Virus record (IMG/VR): IMGVR_UViG_3300027770_000026
Location: 186,001-250,000 of that record
Reading direction: 5' to 3' (one strand)
Length of the DNA: 64,000 nucleotides
Part shown: in pieces, positions 9,309 to 19,452 of the stretch
Numbering within the stretch: the first letter of the stretch is position 1
Layout: the number at the start of each line of letters is the position of its first letter
Made by a program: the position numbers and the translations under genes
The notes under the pieces: generated by a model
Databases searched by the model: none
The model's input: only the letters and a program-made list of their open reading frames with translations
Told to the model about the DNA's origin: nothing

Positions 9309-12300
9309 TAGATAACTCCCTTAATAGATACGCTTACGGATTGCTTAACACCTGATAGTGATTTTTGCGCTAGTCCTTTTGCGCTCACTGCTATAGCATT
9401 TATGTCCGTTGATATGCTACCGGCAGATAAGTTCTTGATAGCACCACTACCTGCCAGACTCGCTACTGCAAACTTTTCTTTAATAGATGCAATTTGTGAG
9501 GAGGACAATGCACTCATAGTGCTAACATCAAGTGGCAAGTTCTTTATCAGATTAGCTGTTTGCGGTTGTGCAGCAGCAAGGGCCGCAACTGTGTCAACAG
9601 TTAACCCTGCTAGATTAGCAACTGCATCTTGTGTAAACGATGTTTGCAACTTCTTAGAACTAGCAGCTGACATTAGAGGGTTATTACTAGCCTTGTTAAT
9701 TATGCTTTCTGCGGCTTTGGCTACGGTTGCGCCCGCTGCGCTGCCTGCAGATTTAGCCACAGCAGTTAGAGAAGATGCGCTACCTGGCATAGCTGACTGA
9801 CCGCCTACTGCATTTACCAAAGATTTAGCTGTAGCATTTGCTGCAGTAGATAGCGACGGGCTCGCAACTTTAATACCTTTCGAGATATCAGTAATTCGAT
9901 TAAACGATGCGCGAGCTTCTAGTTTAAGTTGATCTGGCGACAATGCGCTGTTCAATTGACTTTGTATTGCATCAATTGAATCACCTGCAACTGTAGTAGC
10001 ATTTGGTGCAGAGAAAGAGGTTGCGGGCAAGTTCAAATCAGGACTCTTACTTGCTAGTTCTTCAAAAGCAGATGCTAAACTGGGTTGCAATGCTGCAGAG
10101 TTTTCCGTAGTTAGTCCCGGCGCACCTGGTACTTTAAATCCTGGTAGTAGTGCAGACAGTTTGTTTGCTACCGAAGGTGTTGCTGCTGCGGCAGTCTGTA
10201 TTGCTTGCCCCATTAACGCACCAACTGCATTAGATGTAGTAGACAAATTTCCTGTGGCCGCTAACGCTTTACCATTACCCGACAATAGTGCGGGAGTCTT
10301 AGCTAGGAACGACGATGCTACGCCCGATGCTGCACTTGTGAGTCCTCCTGCAAGTGCGTCTGTTATTGCATTAACTGAACCTGACAGCATGTTCTGTAAT
10401 TGATTCTGTATGTCCGGACCTGATACTAGCGACCCAACAAAGTTCTCTAACGCTGCTGCTGCCTTATCCTGCGTTGCAAATTGGTCAAACAATGAATTGA
10501 CTATTGGTTTTGTCACATCCTTAGTTGGGTTTGGATCCAAGTTAACAAACATTACCAAATCTTTAGTTACGTTTTGATTAACACTAGCAGGCAATGTTTC
10601 TTCCAGTTCAAAGTCGCTCGGCATACCTGGAATAGATCCTGCATCCTTAATCACCGCACTAATATCTGCCGTTGGCAATGTTACCTTAGGAGAATAGCTA
10701 CTTAGAAGATTGTTTGCAAAACTTCCAGCAGCAGTTGATAATCCGGTAGACAATGTTTGTTCAAAATTAGTTAAACCAACTTGCACAAGTGATTTCAATG
10801 TGCTAGTCAGATTTGATCCACCAGGTACATCAATTGCAGTCTTGAGTGCGGCAGTAAGTTCTTTAGATGTAGTGCTAAACTCCTTAGTTGCTTCGGCATT
10901 TTCTTTAACTGTTTGGTCTGCTTTTGCACCAGCTGCTTTTGCTTCGGGCGTAGACACAGTAAGACGCGAGTCTTTAACTGCGTTTACGTTCATAGTAAAT
11001 GCTCCGCTTTCTTTAAAGTTTGCAGTTACAGTCATATACTGATAATATCCCGCTACCATTGCATTTGATCGCAAGGTAGGATCCGGATTACCCAAAGTAA
11101 AGAGGAAGAAAGAAGTAGAGAATCCCGTAGGATCAGCACTTCGATCTAGTACAGGTTTTTCTCTATTAGCTTCCCAATCTAGATATTGATATTTAAATTC
11201 TTCGGCTGTAAGGGCCATTTCGCTTTTGGCTATGAGCGCCGGATCGCCTACTATTTCCATATCCAACGTAATTAAGTCTGGACTGTTAGCAAATACGCTC
11301 GGCAACAGACTTTTAAATCTCATTTCAGTTTCGTTAAAATCTTTGGGCATGCCCTTAGATGCTGTATCCCTATCGGGCAATACGTTTGCAGTAGATGACA
11401 TAGAACCTGATGCACTAGTTCCGGTAGTACCAGTCTCGCCCGATGCAACAGGGGTAGTTGGTTGTCCAGATTCTACCGAACTGCTAGATGCTGCGGCGTT
11501 AGTAGAAGAACCTTCTATATAACGTGCATTCGCTGTATAAAATGTTGTATTAAAGTTTAAGTCTAAACTTAGAATATCAATATTCTTGCCGGTAAACAAA
11601 TAGTTGTATCCGCGAATAGTGCTATTTTTTATTTCGTCTGCGAGTTTTTCAGGATCAGGCACTGGTCCTGCTGCAGGTGATGCCCATTCGATACCAACAA
11701 CATTAAATGTTACTCTCTTCTTTAGTACGTTAAATTGCGGATCGTATCCTAGAAATTCGTAAGTAGGATAAACCTTAATATAAGGAATGAAGGCAGGCAT
11801 GCCTTCAGTTTCAATATTCTTGATTGCTTCTAGGCAATAGGTACTGTTTAGTGCTAACAGTTCAACCACAGACGTGACAGTCATTTCCTGACCAAGTTTT
11901 ACTGAACGCACAGATGATGTTACACCGTCGCTGTTTGCTGCTCGCAGTACTGCCAATTGTGTTTCTTTACGTTTTTTTGCTGCTTCAATTGCATCTTTGT
12001 CAATAGCTTCTGGCTCTTGACTTGTGCTGCTAGGATCGCCGGATGACTGCTGTTGTGCGCCCGCAGTTGGATTGGTATTACCGTTTGCTCCGGCGCCAGC
12101 TTGTAGTGCAGAAATTCTTCCTGTACTTACAACTTCCTTACCTTTTGTAACATCTTTATCTAGTTTAGCTTGTCCAAATTTTGTTAAGCGATCTTCAAGG
12201 CCATTGAAACCGCCGTTAACAATATGTGTTACCAGATAGGTATTAGTAAAGTCAACTGGTGTTCTGGGTCTGCCTGATTTTATGTATGATTTAGAATTTG

Positions 12301-13702
12301 GACGCTTTGTTAGTTGTGTTCTAACAGTGCTAACCCAAAACCAACATGCAGATTCTGCTGCAAGATCTTCTTGTTCTAACAGTGCTGGTTCGACAACTAG
12401 ATCTTTACCAAGAAACTTGCCACACTTTGCATAGTTACTCTTGCCTGTTACCTGTATATAACCTCTACCTTTGTATCGTGGTCCGTCGCCTGCTACTGTG
12501 TTACCCAAAGCTGCAGCTTTTTTTGGATTAACTGTAATATCATAATTGCGACCATTAGCAGTTTCTGCTAGAAATTTGAAGGTACCCGATTCGTGCAAGC
12601 ACTGTGCATAAAATTGCGCACGTTCAGCAGGATCCACAATACCGTACTTGTCCATTGCCGCAAGAAACTTAAGACGTCTACGTATTTTGTCAGCGTCCGT
12701 TAGTTTAAGTGGTTTTGGTACAGGCGCCTGAATTTCATTCACTAGTGCGCCTGCTACTTGTGCGTCTGACGTTTCGGTTGGTGCTTCATACAATTGAACA
12801 ATATCTTGCGGACTTTTCATTGGGCTATCTGCTATAGACCCGCCATCTGTCAGGGTAGAACTTAATGTTCTATCAAAAAATATCTCTGCTCTCTTACCAA
12901 CAGGGACAATGGAATAGGAATAGATTGTTCTAGGTGTGCCGGTGGTTTGATCCTTGGTCATCTCTTCTTGCGTGCTATTCATTTGTATCGCAAGATCTTC
13001 AAGGTAATCTTTGATTTTGTATCCTTTTAGCTCTGTTATTTTTTCGTACAAAGCACGTTGCGCCGATGCAAATTGTGCATACGTAGAATATGAACATCCT
13101 TCGATGTTATACGCAGTACCCGACGAAGAAATGTTAAAACCAACTTTAATTAGTCTGATTGGTATGTGTCGCACTGTTGATGATAGTTGTTGATATATAT
13201 CGGTAGGAGACGACGCTGCATTTGCATTATTTGGGGCATTGAAAAATATAGAAAGTAAGATTGGTACTTCTTCTGTTGACGACAGTACCTGATCTTGCGT
13301 GTAATCATTTAGTACGTTAAACGCTGTTAATAGCGTTGGCAAGAAATTAACACCATTTGGTTCTTTGATATTAATTTGAATGTTGCCTCCGGTATTACCG
13401 CCACCAATACCACGTGCGCCCAATGGGATTGTTATAGTTGTATTTTCAATAAACGTATCGCTATGCTGTTCGTTGGAACCCCAGCGATTTGGAAAGCTAG
13501 CAGTACCGCCTGTTGCTGCTATTACCACAGTTGTATTATCAAATACATCCCAGTTGTTTGGGCGACCGCCTTCTACTGTAAACTTTTTAAGGTCCTCAAG
13601 TTTGAACACACGCAAAACTATCGTGTAGTTGTAGCTATCAAACTCATGTAAGATGTTTCGATAAGGGCGAGCATCTAATCGCGGTATAGGAAGATAATCC
13701 AT
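9308..13702 (-). CDS. Baseplate hub protein (gp27-like position) with internal GH19 lysozyme/chitinase domain and long Ala/Ser-rich C-terminus
   Basis: AQCLHESGTFKFLAE...YKGRGYIQVTGKSNY...SACWFW...THIVNGGFNGLEDR is a GH19 signature; N-terminus RNILHEFDSYNYTI and LDMEIVGDP are typical of jumbo-phage hubs. Confidence 0.7.
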   Translation of the reverse strand: MDYLPIPRLDARPYRNILHEFDSYNYTIVLRVFKLEDLKKFTVEGGRPNNWDVFDNTTVVIAATGGTASFPNRWGSNEQHSDTFIENTTITIPLGARGIGGGNTGGNIQINIKEPNGVNFLPTLLTAFNVLNDYTQDQVLSSTEEVPILLSIFFNAPNNANAASSPTDIYQQLSSTVRHIPIRLIKVGFNISSSGTAYNIEGCSYSTYAQFASAQRALYEKITELKGYKIKDYLEDLAIQMNSTQEEMTKDQTTGTPRTIYSYSIVPVGKRAEIFFDRTLSSTLTDGGSIADSPMKSPQDIVQLYEAPTETSDAQVAGALVNEIQAPVPKPLKLTDADKIRRRLKFLAAMDKYGIVDPAERAQFYAQCLHESGTFKFLAETANGRNYDITVNPKKAAALGNTVAGDGPRYKGRGYIQVTGKSNYAKCGKFLGKDLVVEPALLEQEDLAAESACWFWVSTVRTQLTKRPNSKSYIKSGRPRTPVDFTNTYLVTHIVNGGFNGLEDRLTKFGQAKLDKDVTKGKEVVSTGRISALQAGAGANGNTNPTAGAQQQSSGDPSSTSQEPEAIDKDAIEAAKKRKETQLAVLRAANSDGVTSSVRSVKLGQEMTVTSVVELLALNSTYCLEAIKNIETEGMPAFIPYIKVYPTYEFLGYDPQFNVLKKRVTFNVVGIEWASPAAGPVPDPEKLADEIKNSTIRGYNYLFTGKNIDILSLDLNFNTTFYTANARYIEGSSTNAAASSSSVESGQPTTPVASGETGTTGTSASGSMSSTANVLPDRDTASKGMPKDFNETEMRFKSLLPSVFANSPDLITLDMEIVGDPALIAKSEMALTAEEFKYQYLDWEANREKPVLDRSADPTGFSTSFFLFTLGNPDPTLRSNAMVAGYYQYMTVTANFKESGAFTMNVNAVKDSRLTVSTPEAKAAGAKADQTVKENAEATKEFSTTSKELTAALKTAIDVPGGSNLTSTLKSLVQVGLTNFEQTLSTGLSTAAGSFANNLLSSYSPKVTLPTADISAVIKDAGSIPGMPSDFELEETLPASVNQNVTKDLVMFVNLDPNPTKDVTKPIVNSLFDQFATQDKAAAALENFVGSLVSGPDIQNQLQNMLSGSVNAITDALAGGLTSAASGVASSFLAKTPALLSGNGKALAATGNLSTTSNAVGALMGQAIQTAAAATPSVANKLSALLPGFKVPGAPGLTTENSAALQPSLASAFEELASKSPDLNLPATSFSAPNATTVAGDSIDAIQSQLNSALSPDQLKLEARASFNRITDISKGIKVASPSLSTAANATAKSLVNAVGGQSAMPGSASSLTAVAKSAGSAAGATVAKAAESIINKASNNPLMSAASSKKLQTSFTQDAVANLAGLTVDTVAALAAAQPQTANLIKNLPLDVSTMSALSSSQIASIKEKFAVASLAGSGAIKNLSAGSISTDINAIAVSAKGLAQKSLSGVKQSVSVSIKGVI

Positions 13703-13703
13703 T

Positions 13704-14003
13704 TTAGATTCCTAGATATCTTTTGAGATTAGCATGCGACGGTACCATAATAACTGTACCGTTAACAAAATCTGATATAGGATCACGTAGGTCGTTAGGA
13801 TTACGCATAGCAAATACCCACCATAGTTTTGGTGTTTCGTATAAGTCGTTACTCAGTAGGTCTGGACGAAAGTTATACACCGGATCAATTTCATACGGAA
13901 CATCTTCTACAGATGCTGGTATGGGTCTAGGTGTTATTAGATCTAGTGTTCCCTGAACTTGCTGAGTGCTATACCAAGGACTGGTCTTACTATACTTGGC
14001 CAT
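13704..14003 (-). CDS. gp53: Baseplate wedge gp53-like (LysM-type) protein
   Basis: RPDLLSNDLYETPKLWWVFAMRN motif. Confidence 0.7.
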   Translation of the reverse strand: MAKYSKTSPWYSTQQVQGTLDLITPRPIPASVEDVPYEIDPVYNFRPDLLSNDLYETPKLWWVFAMRNPNDLRDPISDFVNGTVIMVPSHANLKRYLGI

Positions 14004-14842
14004 TAGAAGAATCCTTTACCTATCAGTTCGCCATTAATAAATTTAGTGGTAGAATAATCTGCACTGATCAAATCTGATCTTGCATATGCTGGAACTAGCG
14101 TCACGCCAATGGTCATCTCTGTGGGAACCATACTTGGTGGTATAGCAAATCCCGCTGTGTCTCTATTCTGTAGTCCTGCACTGTCCGACGTCATGTCTGT
14201 GCGAACATAGTCTACTTCTGTTGGATAGTCTAGGTTCAACTGTTGAACCACTACGGGTAGTTCTTTAACTCCACCTTCACCCAAATATGTTAATTTAAGA
14301 ATGGGCGGTGGGCGTCCAACACGGGTAGCATCTCCCTCAAAGTTATGTCCTTTTGTGGAACTCTTTAAGAAGTGCAGTACAGCGTACAGATAATTTGCTT
14401 CGGCAATATTTGTTGCCGTAAACAATCCGCTAATAGTTATAGTGGACATTTCACTGCTAGAATATGCTGGTGTACTAAAGTTAGTCTGCAGAGTTTTGAT
14501 CATCTCGTAACTAGCTTGATAGTTAACTGTAAACTGCGGAGTGTAGGGCCAAATTATTGTGTTTCTTCCGGGCAAGTATTGGAACACACCGTCGGAGTAC
14601 ATGGTCTCGGCGTCGGGCCAACGTAAGCGACAACGCCAATCTTGGCTAACTGATGCACTAGCTCGTATAGGACGAATCTTCTTTCGACCAGTCAGTGTTT
14701 GTCCTTCCAGTTGGTCTTTAAGGAACCCACTAGCTAATTCTCTTACTTTTCCGGGCAACTTGTTGATCAGGCTTTTGCCTATCTCTTTGCCCAGAGATTT
14801 ACCTGTTTGTTTAACAACATTGTTAATTAGGGACGCCACCAT
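14003..14842 (-). CDS. Baseplate/tail tube cap or initiator (gp48/gp54-like)
   Basis: IIWPYTPQFTVNYQASY...TNF...YSSSEMSTITISGLFTA...GRPPPILKLTYLG...PT pattern; AGGAG SD supports start at 14842. Confidence 0.6.
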   Translation of the reverse strand: MVASLINNVVKQTGKSLGKEIGKSLINKLPGKVRELASGFLKDQLEGQTLTGRKKIRPIRASASVSQDWRCRLRWPDAETMYSDGVFQYLPGRNTIIWPYTPQFTVNYQASYEMIKTLQTNFSTPAYSSSEMSTITISGLFTATNIAEANYLYAVLHFLKSSTKGHNFEGDATRVGRPPPILKLTYLGEGGVKELPVVVQQLNLDYPTEVDYVRTDMTSDSAGLQNRDTAGFAIPPSMVPTEMTIGVTLVPAYARSDLISADYSTTKFINGELIGKGFF

Positions 14843-14850
14843 AATACTCC

Positions 14851-14879
14851 TTGACATCTATATTTATAGTCGCTAAAAT
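14851..14879 (+). promoter_or_regulatory. sigma70-type promoter for gp55-47-46, overlapping a minus-strand late promoter TATAAATA (14861-14868)
   Basis: TTGACA-17 nt-TAAAAT on plus; TATAAATA on minus inside the spacer. Confidence 0.7.
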
Positions 14880-14925
14880 AGTCAGATAATTACTATAATT
14901 GGCGTTTTTACAACTAAGGAACCAC

Positions 14926-15711
14926 ATGAAGTATCTAACAAACAAAGATCTGCTACGCGAAATTCATTTGAGTAAGAACAGCTACTGTTCCTACGTTGCT
15001 AAGACCGACTCAACTTACGACCTAATCCTGCCCAGTGTTGAGCGCATTAATAGGCTAACCATTAGCCAAGCGCGTAAAGCCCGCGCAACTCGTATGGAAG
15101 TTGAAGCTAAGGCAACAGGCACACCGATCGAAGTAGATCCAAAAGATATTGCAGTTACGGATATTGTGTTCCGTATCATGACTTGGGATCATATCCCGCT
15201 AAGTCCTGGACGTAAGAAGACCCCAAAGATTACTAGTGACCACCACGTAAAGGTAAACTTCCCTCCCTTCCAACACTACAAGCTCACAGATGAAAAGGCA
15301 CCATTTTGTGTGGGTAAGAGCCATTGGCGTGGTGACATCGAAAGTGGTCACTATTGCAGGGACAAGGGCAAAATGACAGACAATCTAGCTCGCATGTTCC
15401 TCAAGCTTTGCGAGCGTTATAGTAGTCGCAGCAACTGGCGTGGATACACTTACGTAGATGAAATGCGTGGGCAAGCACTACTACAGTTGAGCATGATTGG
15501 ACTACAGTTTGACGAAAGCAAGAGCTCAAATCCTTTTGCTTACTACACTGCTGCTATTACCAACAGCTTCACACGTATTCTCAATACCGAAAAGCGTAAT
15601 CAAAACATTCGAGATGACATTCTTGAAATGAATAATCTTAACCCCAGCTATACGCGCCAGCTTAACAATGAAGAAGCCATGCGTAAAGCCAGAGATCATG
15701 GTGATGAGTAA
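14926..15711 (+). CDS. gp55: Late-transcription sigma factor, gp55-like
   Basis: KYLTNKDLLREI...ERYSSRSNWRGYTYVDEMRGQALLQL...FDESKSSNPFAYYT; AAGGA SD before ATG 14926. Confidence 0.9.
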   Translation: MKYLTNKDLLREIHLSKNSYCSYVAKTDSTYDLILPSVERINRLTISQARKARATRMEVEAKATGTPIEVDPKDIAVTDIVFRIMTWDHIPLSPGRKKTPKITSDHHVKVNFPPFQHYKLTDEKAPFCVGKSHWRGDIESGHYCRDKGKMTDNLARMFLKLCERYSSRSNWRGYTYVDEMRGQALLQLSMIGLQFDESKSSNPFAYYTAAITNSFTRILNTEKRNQNIRDDILEMNNLNPSYTRQLNNEEAMRKARDHGDE

Positions 15712-15732
15712 TAGCATCAGCTAACTATTACT

Positions 15733-16749
15733 ATGACAAATTTATTCAAACGTGCAGCCGTTTTCACGGATATACACTTTGGAGCCAAGAGCAACAGCAC
15801 AGTCCATAATGAGGACTGTGCTGCGTTCATCCGTTGGGCTACTGCTACTGCTAACAAGCGTGGTTGTAATGTAGCCATCATGATGGGCGATTGGCACAAC
15901 CATCGTGCATCCATTAGTATTACCACACTCAATTACAGTCTTGATGCGATTGAACATCTCAGCAAGAACTTTGATCGAGTGTTTTTCATTCCGGGTAATC
16001 ATGACATTTACTATCGTGACCGTCGTGACGTAACATCAGTTGCGTGGGCTCGGCACATGCCTAACATTCATATTATTAACGAAGATTTTTATCAGGAAGG
16101 CGATGTTGCTATTGCACCTTGGCTCATCCCCGGCGACCATGAAAAACTAAAGAAGATTAAAGCCAAATACATGTTTGGTCACTTTGAACTTCCTAGCTTT
16201 ATGATGAACGCTAAGGTAGCCATGCCCGACCACGGTGATGTGCGTATAGAGGACATGCAGCATATCGAAACTGTGTTCAGCGGACACTTTCATATTCGCC
16301 AAAAGCGCGCCAATGTGATTTACACCGGCAACGCCTTCCCCCACAACTACGGTGATGCGTGGGACGACGAGCGTGGTATGATGATATTAGATTGGGGTCA
16401 AGAGCCTGAGTTCATTGCATGGCCCGATGCACCAAAGTATCGTACCATGCCACTGAGTCAGCTATTAGAAAACCCTGCCAAATATCTTGATGCAAGAACT
16501 TATATGCGTGTTACACTAGACAAAGATGTCAGCTACGAAGAGGCCAACTTTGTGAAAGAAACATTCCATGCACAATATGGCTGTAGAGAGATTGGACTTA
16601 TTGAGGACAAGACTCAACAGGTACAAGTGGATGCAGGCGCAGAAATCAAGTTCGAAAGTGTGGATCAAATTGTAAGCGAGCAACTGCTGCGTATTCAAAG
16701 TGAAGCATATGACTCTGCTTTACTATTGGACATTTACAGAAACCTATGA
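15733..16749 (+). CDS. gp47: Recombination endonuclease gp47 (Mre11/SbcD-like)
   Basis: FTDIHFG, GDWHN, GNHD, GHFE, FSGHFH metallophosphoesterase motifs. Confidence 0.92.
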   Translation: MTNLFKRAAVFTDIHFGAKSNSTVHNEDCAAFIRWATATANKRGCNVAIMMGDWHNHRASISITTLNYSLDAIEHLSKNFDRVFFIPGNHDIYYRDRRDVTSVAWARHMPNIHIINEDFYQEGDVAIAPWLIPGDHEKLKKIKAKYMFGHFELPSFMMNAKVAMPDHGDVRIEDMQHIETVFSGHFHIRQKRANVIYTGNAFPHNYGDAWDDERGMMILDWGQEPEFIAWPDAPKYRTMPLSQLLENPAKYLDARTYMRVTLDKDVSYEEANFVKETFHAQYGCREIGLIEDKTQQVQVDAGAEIKFESVDQIVSEQLLRIQSEAYDSALLLDIYRNL

Positions 16750-18521
16750 TTAAGATAACCAATCTAACTGTTAAGAACTTTCTAAGTGTAGGTAATGTTA
16801 CCCAGGCACTCAAGTTGGATCATGATCAACTGATCCTAGTGCTAGGCGAGAACATGGACCTAGGCGGCGACGATGCTGGCTCACGTAACGGTGTAGGCAA
16901 GACTACAATTGCCAACGCACTAAGTTATGCTGTATACGGACAAGCACTCAGCAATATCAAGAAGGACAATCTAATCAACAAGAGTAATCAAAAGAACATG
17001 ATTACCAGTGTTGAATGGGAAAGCAATAGTGTGCTGTATCGTGTGGAACGTGGACGTAAGCCAAACGTGCTACGCTTCTATATTAACAGTAATGAGTATA
17101 AGGGTTCTGATACTGAAGTACAGGATGAGTCGCAAGGTGACAGCAGAGAAACGCAAAAGGCAATCGAGTCTGCGTTTGGTGTAAGTCATACCATGTTCAA
17201 GCATATAGTGGCACTGAACACTTATACTGAACCATTCCTTACTATGAAGAGTGCAGAGCAGCGGCAGCTAATTGAGGAACTGCTGGGTATTACTCAGTTA
17301 GGCATGAAAGCTGATCAGCTTAAGGAACAGAGTAAGCTAGTTAAGGATCAGATACAGGGCGAAGAGATTCGCATCAAGACTGTGAAAGATAGCAACACAC
17401 GTATTGGCGAAACTATTCGCAGCTTTGAAATCAAAAGCTCTGCATGGGAAAGTAAGAAACGTTCCGACCTAGCGGATCTTAACGAAGTACTAACTCAACT
17501 TGAAACACTGGACATCAATCGAGAGATTGCGCTGCATACTGCATGGGAATTCTATCGTGCTTATGCTAATCAACGCTCGCAGCTGGTAAAGCTTAAGTCT
17601 GTCTCAGACTCTGCACTTAGCCAAGCCAAGCAACGAGTTAAACAAGTTACTGCTCAAATTTCTAAAGCTGCTGCACAAACTTGTCCAACTTGTAGCCAAA
17701 CTGTGGATGCAGATAAACACGAGCATCTGGTAGATCAACTGCGTAAGGATCTCGCCAAACAGGAAAAGGAACAAGCAAGAGCACAAGCTGAGGTAGACAA
17801 GTATCAAAAGGAAACTGATGCTATTGGTGTGCTACAACAACCTGATGAAACTTTTTATGATACTTCTGCAGAAGCATATCAACATCAAAGCAGTATGCGT
17901 AGTATTCAAGAACAAATTGAAACTACTACCAACAACGAGAATCCTTATATTGAGCAAATTGAACAACTCAAGACTACAGCATTGCAGGAAGTAGATTATG
18001 ATTACTTGCAGCAGCTAGCCAAGTTGCGTGACCATCAGGAGTTCCTGCTCAAGTTACTAACCAGCAAGGACAGTTTCATTCGCAAGAGCATCATTGACCA
18101 AAATCTAAACTATCTTAATCAGCGACTAGGCTTTTACCTTGCGCAGTTGGGCTTGCCACACAGTGTCAAGTTCCTAAACGATCTCAGTGTAGAGATTACA
18201 GAACTCGGACGTGACTTAGATTTTGACAATCTTTCGAGGGGAGAACGTAATCGCTTGATTTTAGGTATGAGTTGGGCATTCCGTGATGTATGGGAAAGCT
18301 TGTACCAAAGCATCAACATTCTATTTGTTGACGAGTTGATTGACAACGGATTGGATGCTAGTGGTGTAGATAGCGCACTAGGTGTACTCAAGAAGATGAC
18401 ACGAGACAGGCACAAGAGCGTGTTCTTAATCTCACACCGCGATGACCTAATAAGTAGAGTCAACAGTGTGCTTAAGGTAATTAAATTAAACGGCTACACA
18501 GAGTACAGTGGACTAAATTAA
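16746..18521 (+). CDS. gp46: Recombination ATPase gp46 (Rad50/SbcC-like)
   Basis: Walker A NGVGKTT, CPTC zinc hook, signature LSRGE, Walker B LFVDE. Confidence 0.93.
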   Translation: MIKITNLTVKNFLSVGNVTQALKLDHDQLILVLGENMDLGGDDAGSRNGVGKTTIANALSYAVYGQALSNIKKDNLINKSNQKNMITSVEWESNSVLYRVERGRKPNVLRFYINSNEYKGSDTEVQDESQGDSRETQKAIESAFGVSHTMFKHIVALNTYTEPFLTMKSAEQRQLIEELLGITQLGMKADQLKEQSKLVKDQIQGEEIRIKTVKDSNTRIGETIRSFEIKSSAWESKKRSDLADLNEVLTQLETLDINREIALHTAWEFYRAYANQRSQLVKLKSVSDSALSQAKQRVKQVTAQISKAAAQTCPTCSQTVDADKHEHLVDQLRKDLAKQEKEQARAQAEVDKYQKETDAIGVLQQPDETFYDTSAEAYQHQSSMRSIQEQIETTTNNENPYIEQIEQLKTTALQEVDYDYLQQLAKLRDHQEFLLKLLTSKDSFIRKSIIDQNLNYLNQRLGFYLAQLGLPHSVKFLNDLSVEITELGRDLDFDNLSRGERNRLILGMSWAFRDVWESLYQSINILFVDELIDNGLDASGVDSALGVLKKMTRDRHKSVFLISHRDDLISRVNSVLKVIKLNGYTEYSGLN

Positions 18522-18522
18522 T

Positions 18523-18741
18523 ATGGAGAACAACACAATGACTGAACCTACACAACAAAACACAAATGATGCACTGAAGGCTGCATTCGAAGCTTATCTA
18601 GTAGAGAATGACAAGTATTCCGTTAAGGGCGTAAAGGCTGCTGGTACCAGAGCAAGAAAAGCATTAGCCGATCTAGCTAAACTCTGTAAGGCCCGGCGTA
18701 CAGAAATACAAAACGAAAAGAACGCCGCTAAAACACCTTAA
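18523..18741 (+). CDS. Small basic histone H1-like (Hc1-type) DNA-binding protein
   Basis: KGVKAAGTRARKALADLAKLCKARRTEIQ matches the Hc1-like family. Confidence 0.65.
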   Translation: MENNTMTEPTQQNTNDALKAAFEAYLVENDKYSVKGVKAAGTRARKALADLAKLCKARRTEIQNEKNAAKTP

Positions 18742-18748
18742 CACTTTA

Positions 18749-18775
18749 GGGCACTGGCAACAGTGCTCTTTTTTT
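18749..18775 (+). terminator. Rho-independent terminator
   Basis: GGGCACTG-GCAA-CAGTGCTC followed by T7. Confidence 0.85.
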
Positions 18776-18778
18776 GAC

Positions 18779-18807
18779 TTGACGTTCTGTACATGTTCAT
18801 GTAACAT
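18779..18807 (+). promoter_or_regulatory. sigma70-type promoter, probably leaderless transcript
   Basis: TTGACG-17 nt-TAACAT, ATG 5 nt downstream. Confidence 0.55.
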
Positions 18808-18812
18808 ATGCT

Positions 18813-19031
18813 ATGGCATTTAATCCTAAGATATACGTTAAATTTAATAGCACAGAGGACTCTAACCCAGTACTAACTATTTGGAATTGGTGTGAGTCGA
18901 TGAACATTCAGTTTGATTTCTTAGGATTTGATATCAGAGATACACCTGAAACATTTAAACCAGTATCCGTGTCCATCTGGCAAATAACAGACGAGATGGA
19001 CAACATTGCTTTTCGACTGAGGTGGACATGA
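18813..19031 (+). CDS. Small hypothetical protein, C-terminal FxLRW family
   Basis: Ends DNIAFRLRWT; coupled to next ORF. Confidence 0.6.
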   Translation: MAFNPKIYVKFNSTEDSNPVLTIWNWCESMNIQFDFLGFDIRDTPETFKPVSVSIWQITDEMDNIAFRLRWT

Positions 19032-19261
19032 CCAATATAATTGAAAGGAAAAATAATAGTAAGTTCATCGTGTACGACGATAGCTATCTAAGTGAAAGCG
19101 ATTGCAAATATACTGTATTACTGTCTCACTTAAAGTTTTGGGTCAAGAACATTGATGAACTACAAGACTGGTTACAAGCGCACGACTGCACTAAGCAGGG
19201 TATGACTGTTAATATACCTGATGACGAACGCATGGTACTATTTGCACTGAGATGGTCATGA
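19022..19261 (+). CDS. Small hypothetical protein, C-terminal FxLRW family
   Basis: Ends MVLFALRWS. Confidence 0.6.
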   Translation: MDMTNIIERKNNSKFIVYDDSYLSESDCKYTVLLSHLKFWVKNIDELQDWLQAHDCTKQGMTVNIPDDERMVLFALRWS

Positions 19262-19452
19262 CTAACATAGCCCGCTTATCTCCCGCCAAACGTACAGAAA
19301 TGGCTCGGTGGGCTTGCGAAATGGATTTGGAGTTTAGTATAGACATACTGTATCAAGGATGCAAAAAGTTTCATGATTCTAATGGATATCTAGACCTGTG
19401 GCTTATTCCCGATGAAAACAATTACTTAATATTTACATTGAGGTGGTCATGA
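19252..19452 (+). CDS. Small hypothetical protein, C-terminal FxLRW family
   Basis: Ends YLIFTLRWS. Confidence 0.6.
   Translation: MVMTNIARLSPAKRTEMARWACEMDLEFSIDILYQGCKKFHDSNGYLDLWLIPDENNYLIFTLRWS

Noticed and set aside
439-13651. Numerous short plus-strand ORFs over the baseplate module
   Set aside because: Antisense to long, well-supported minus-strand structural genes
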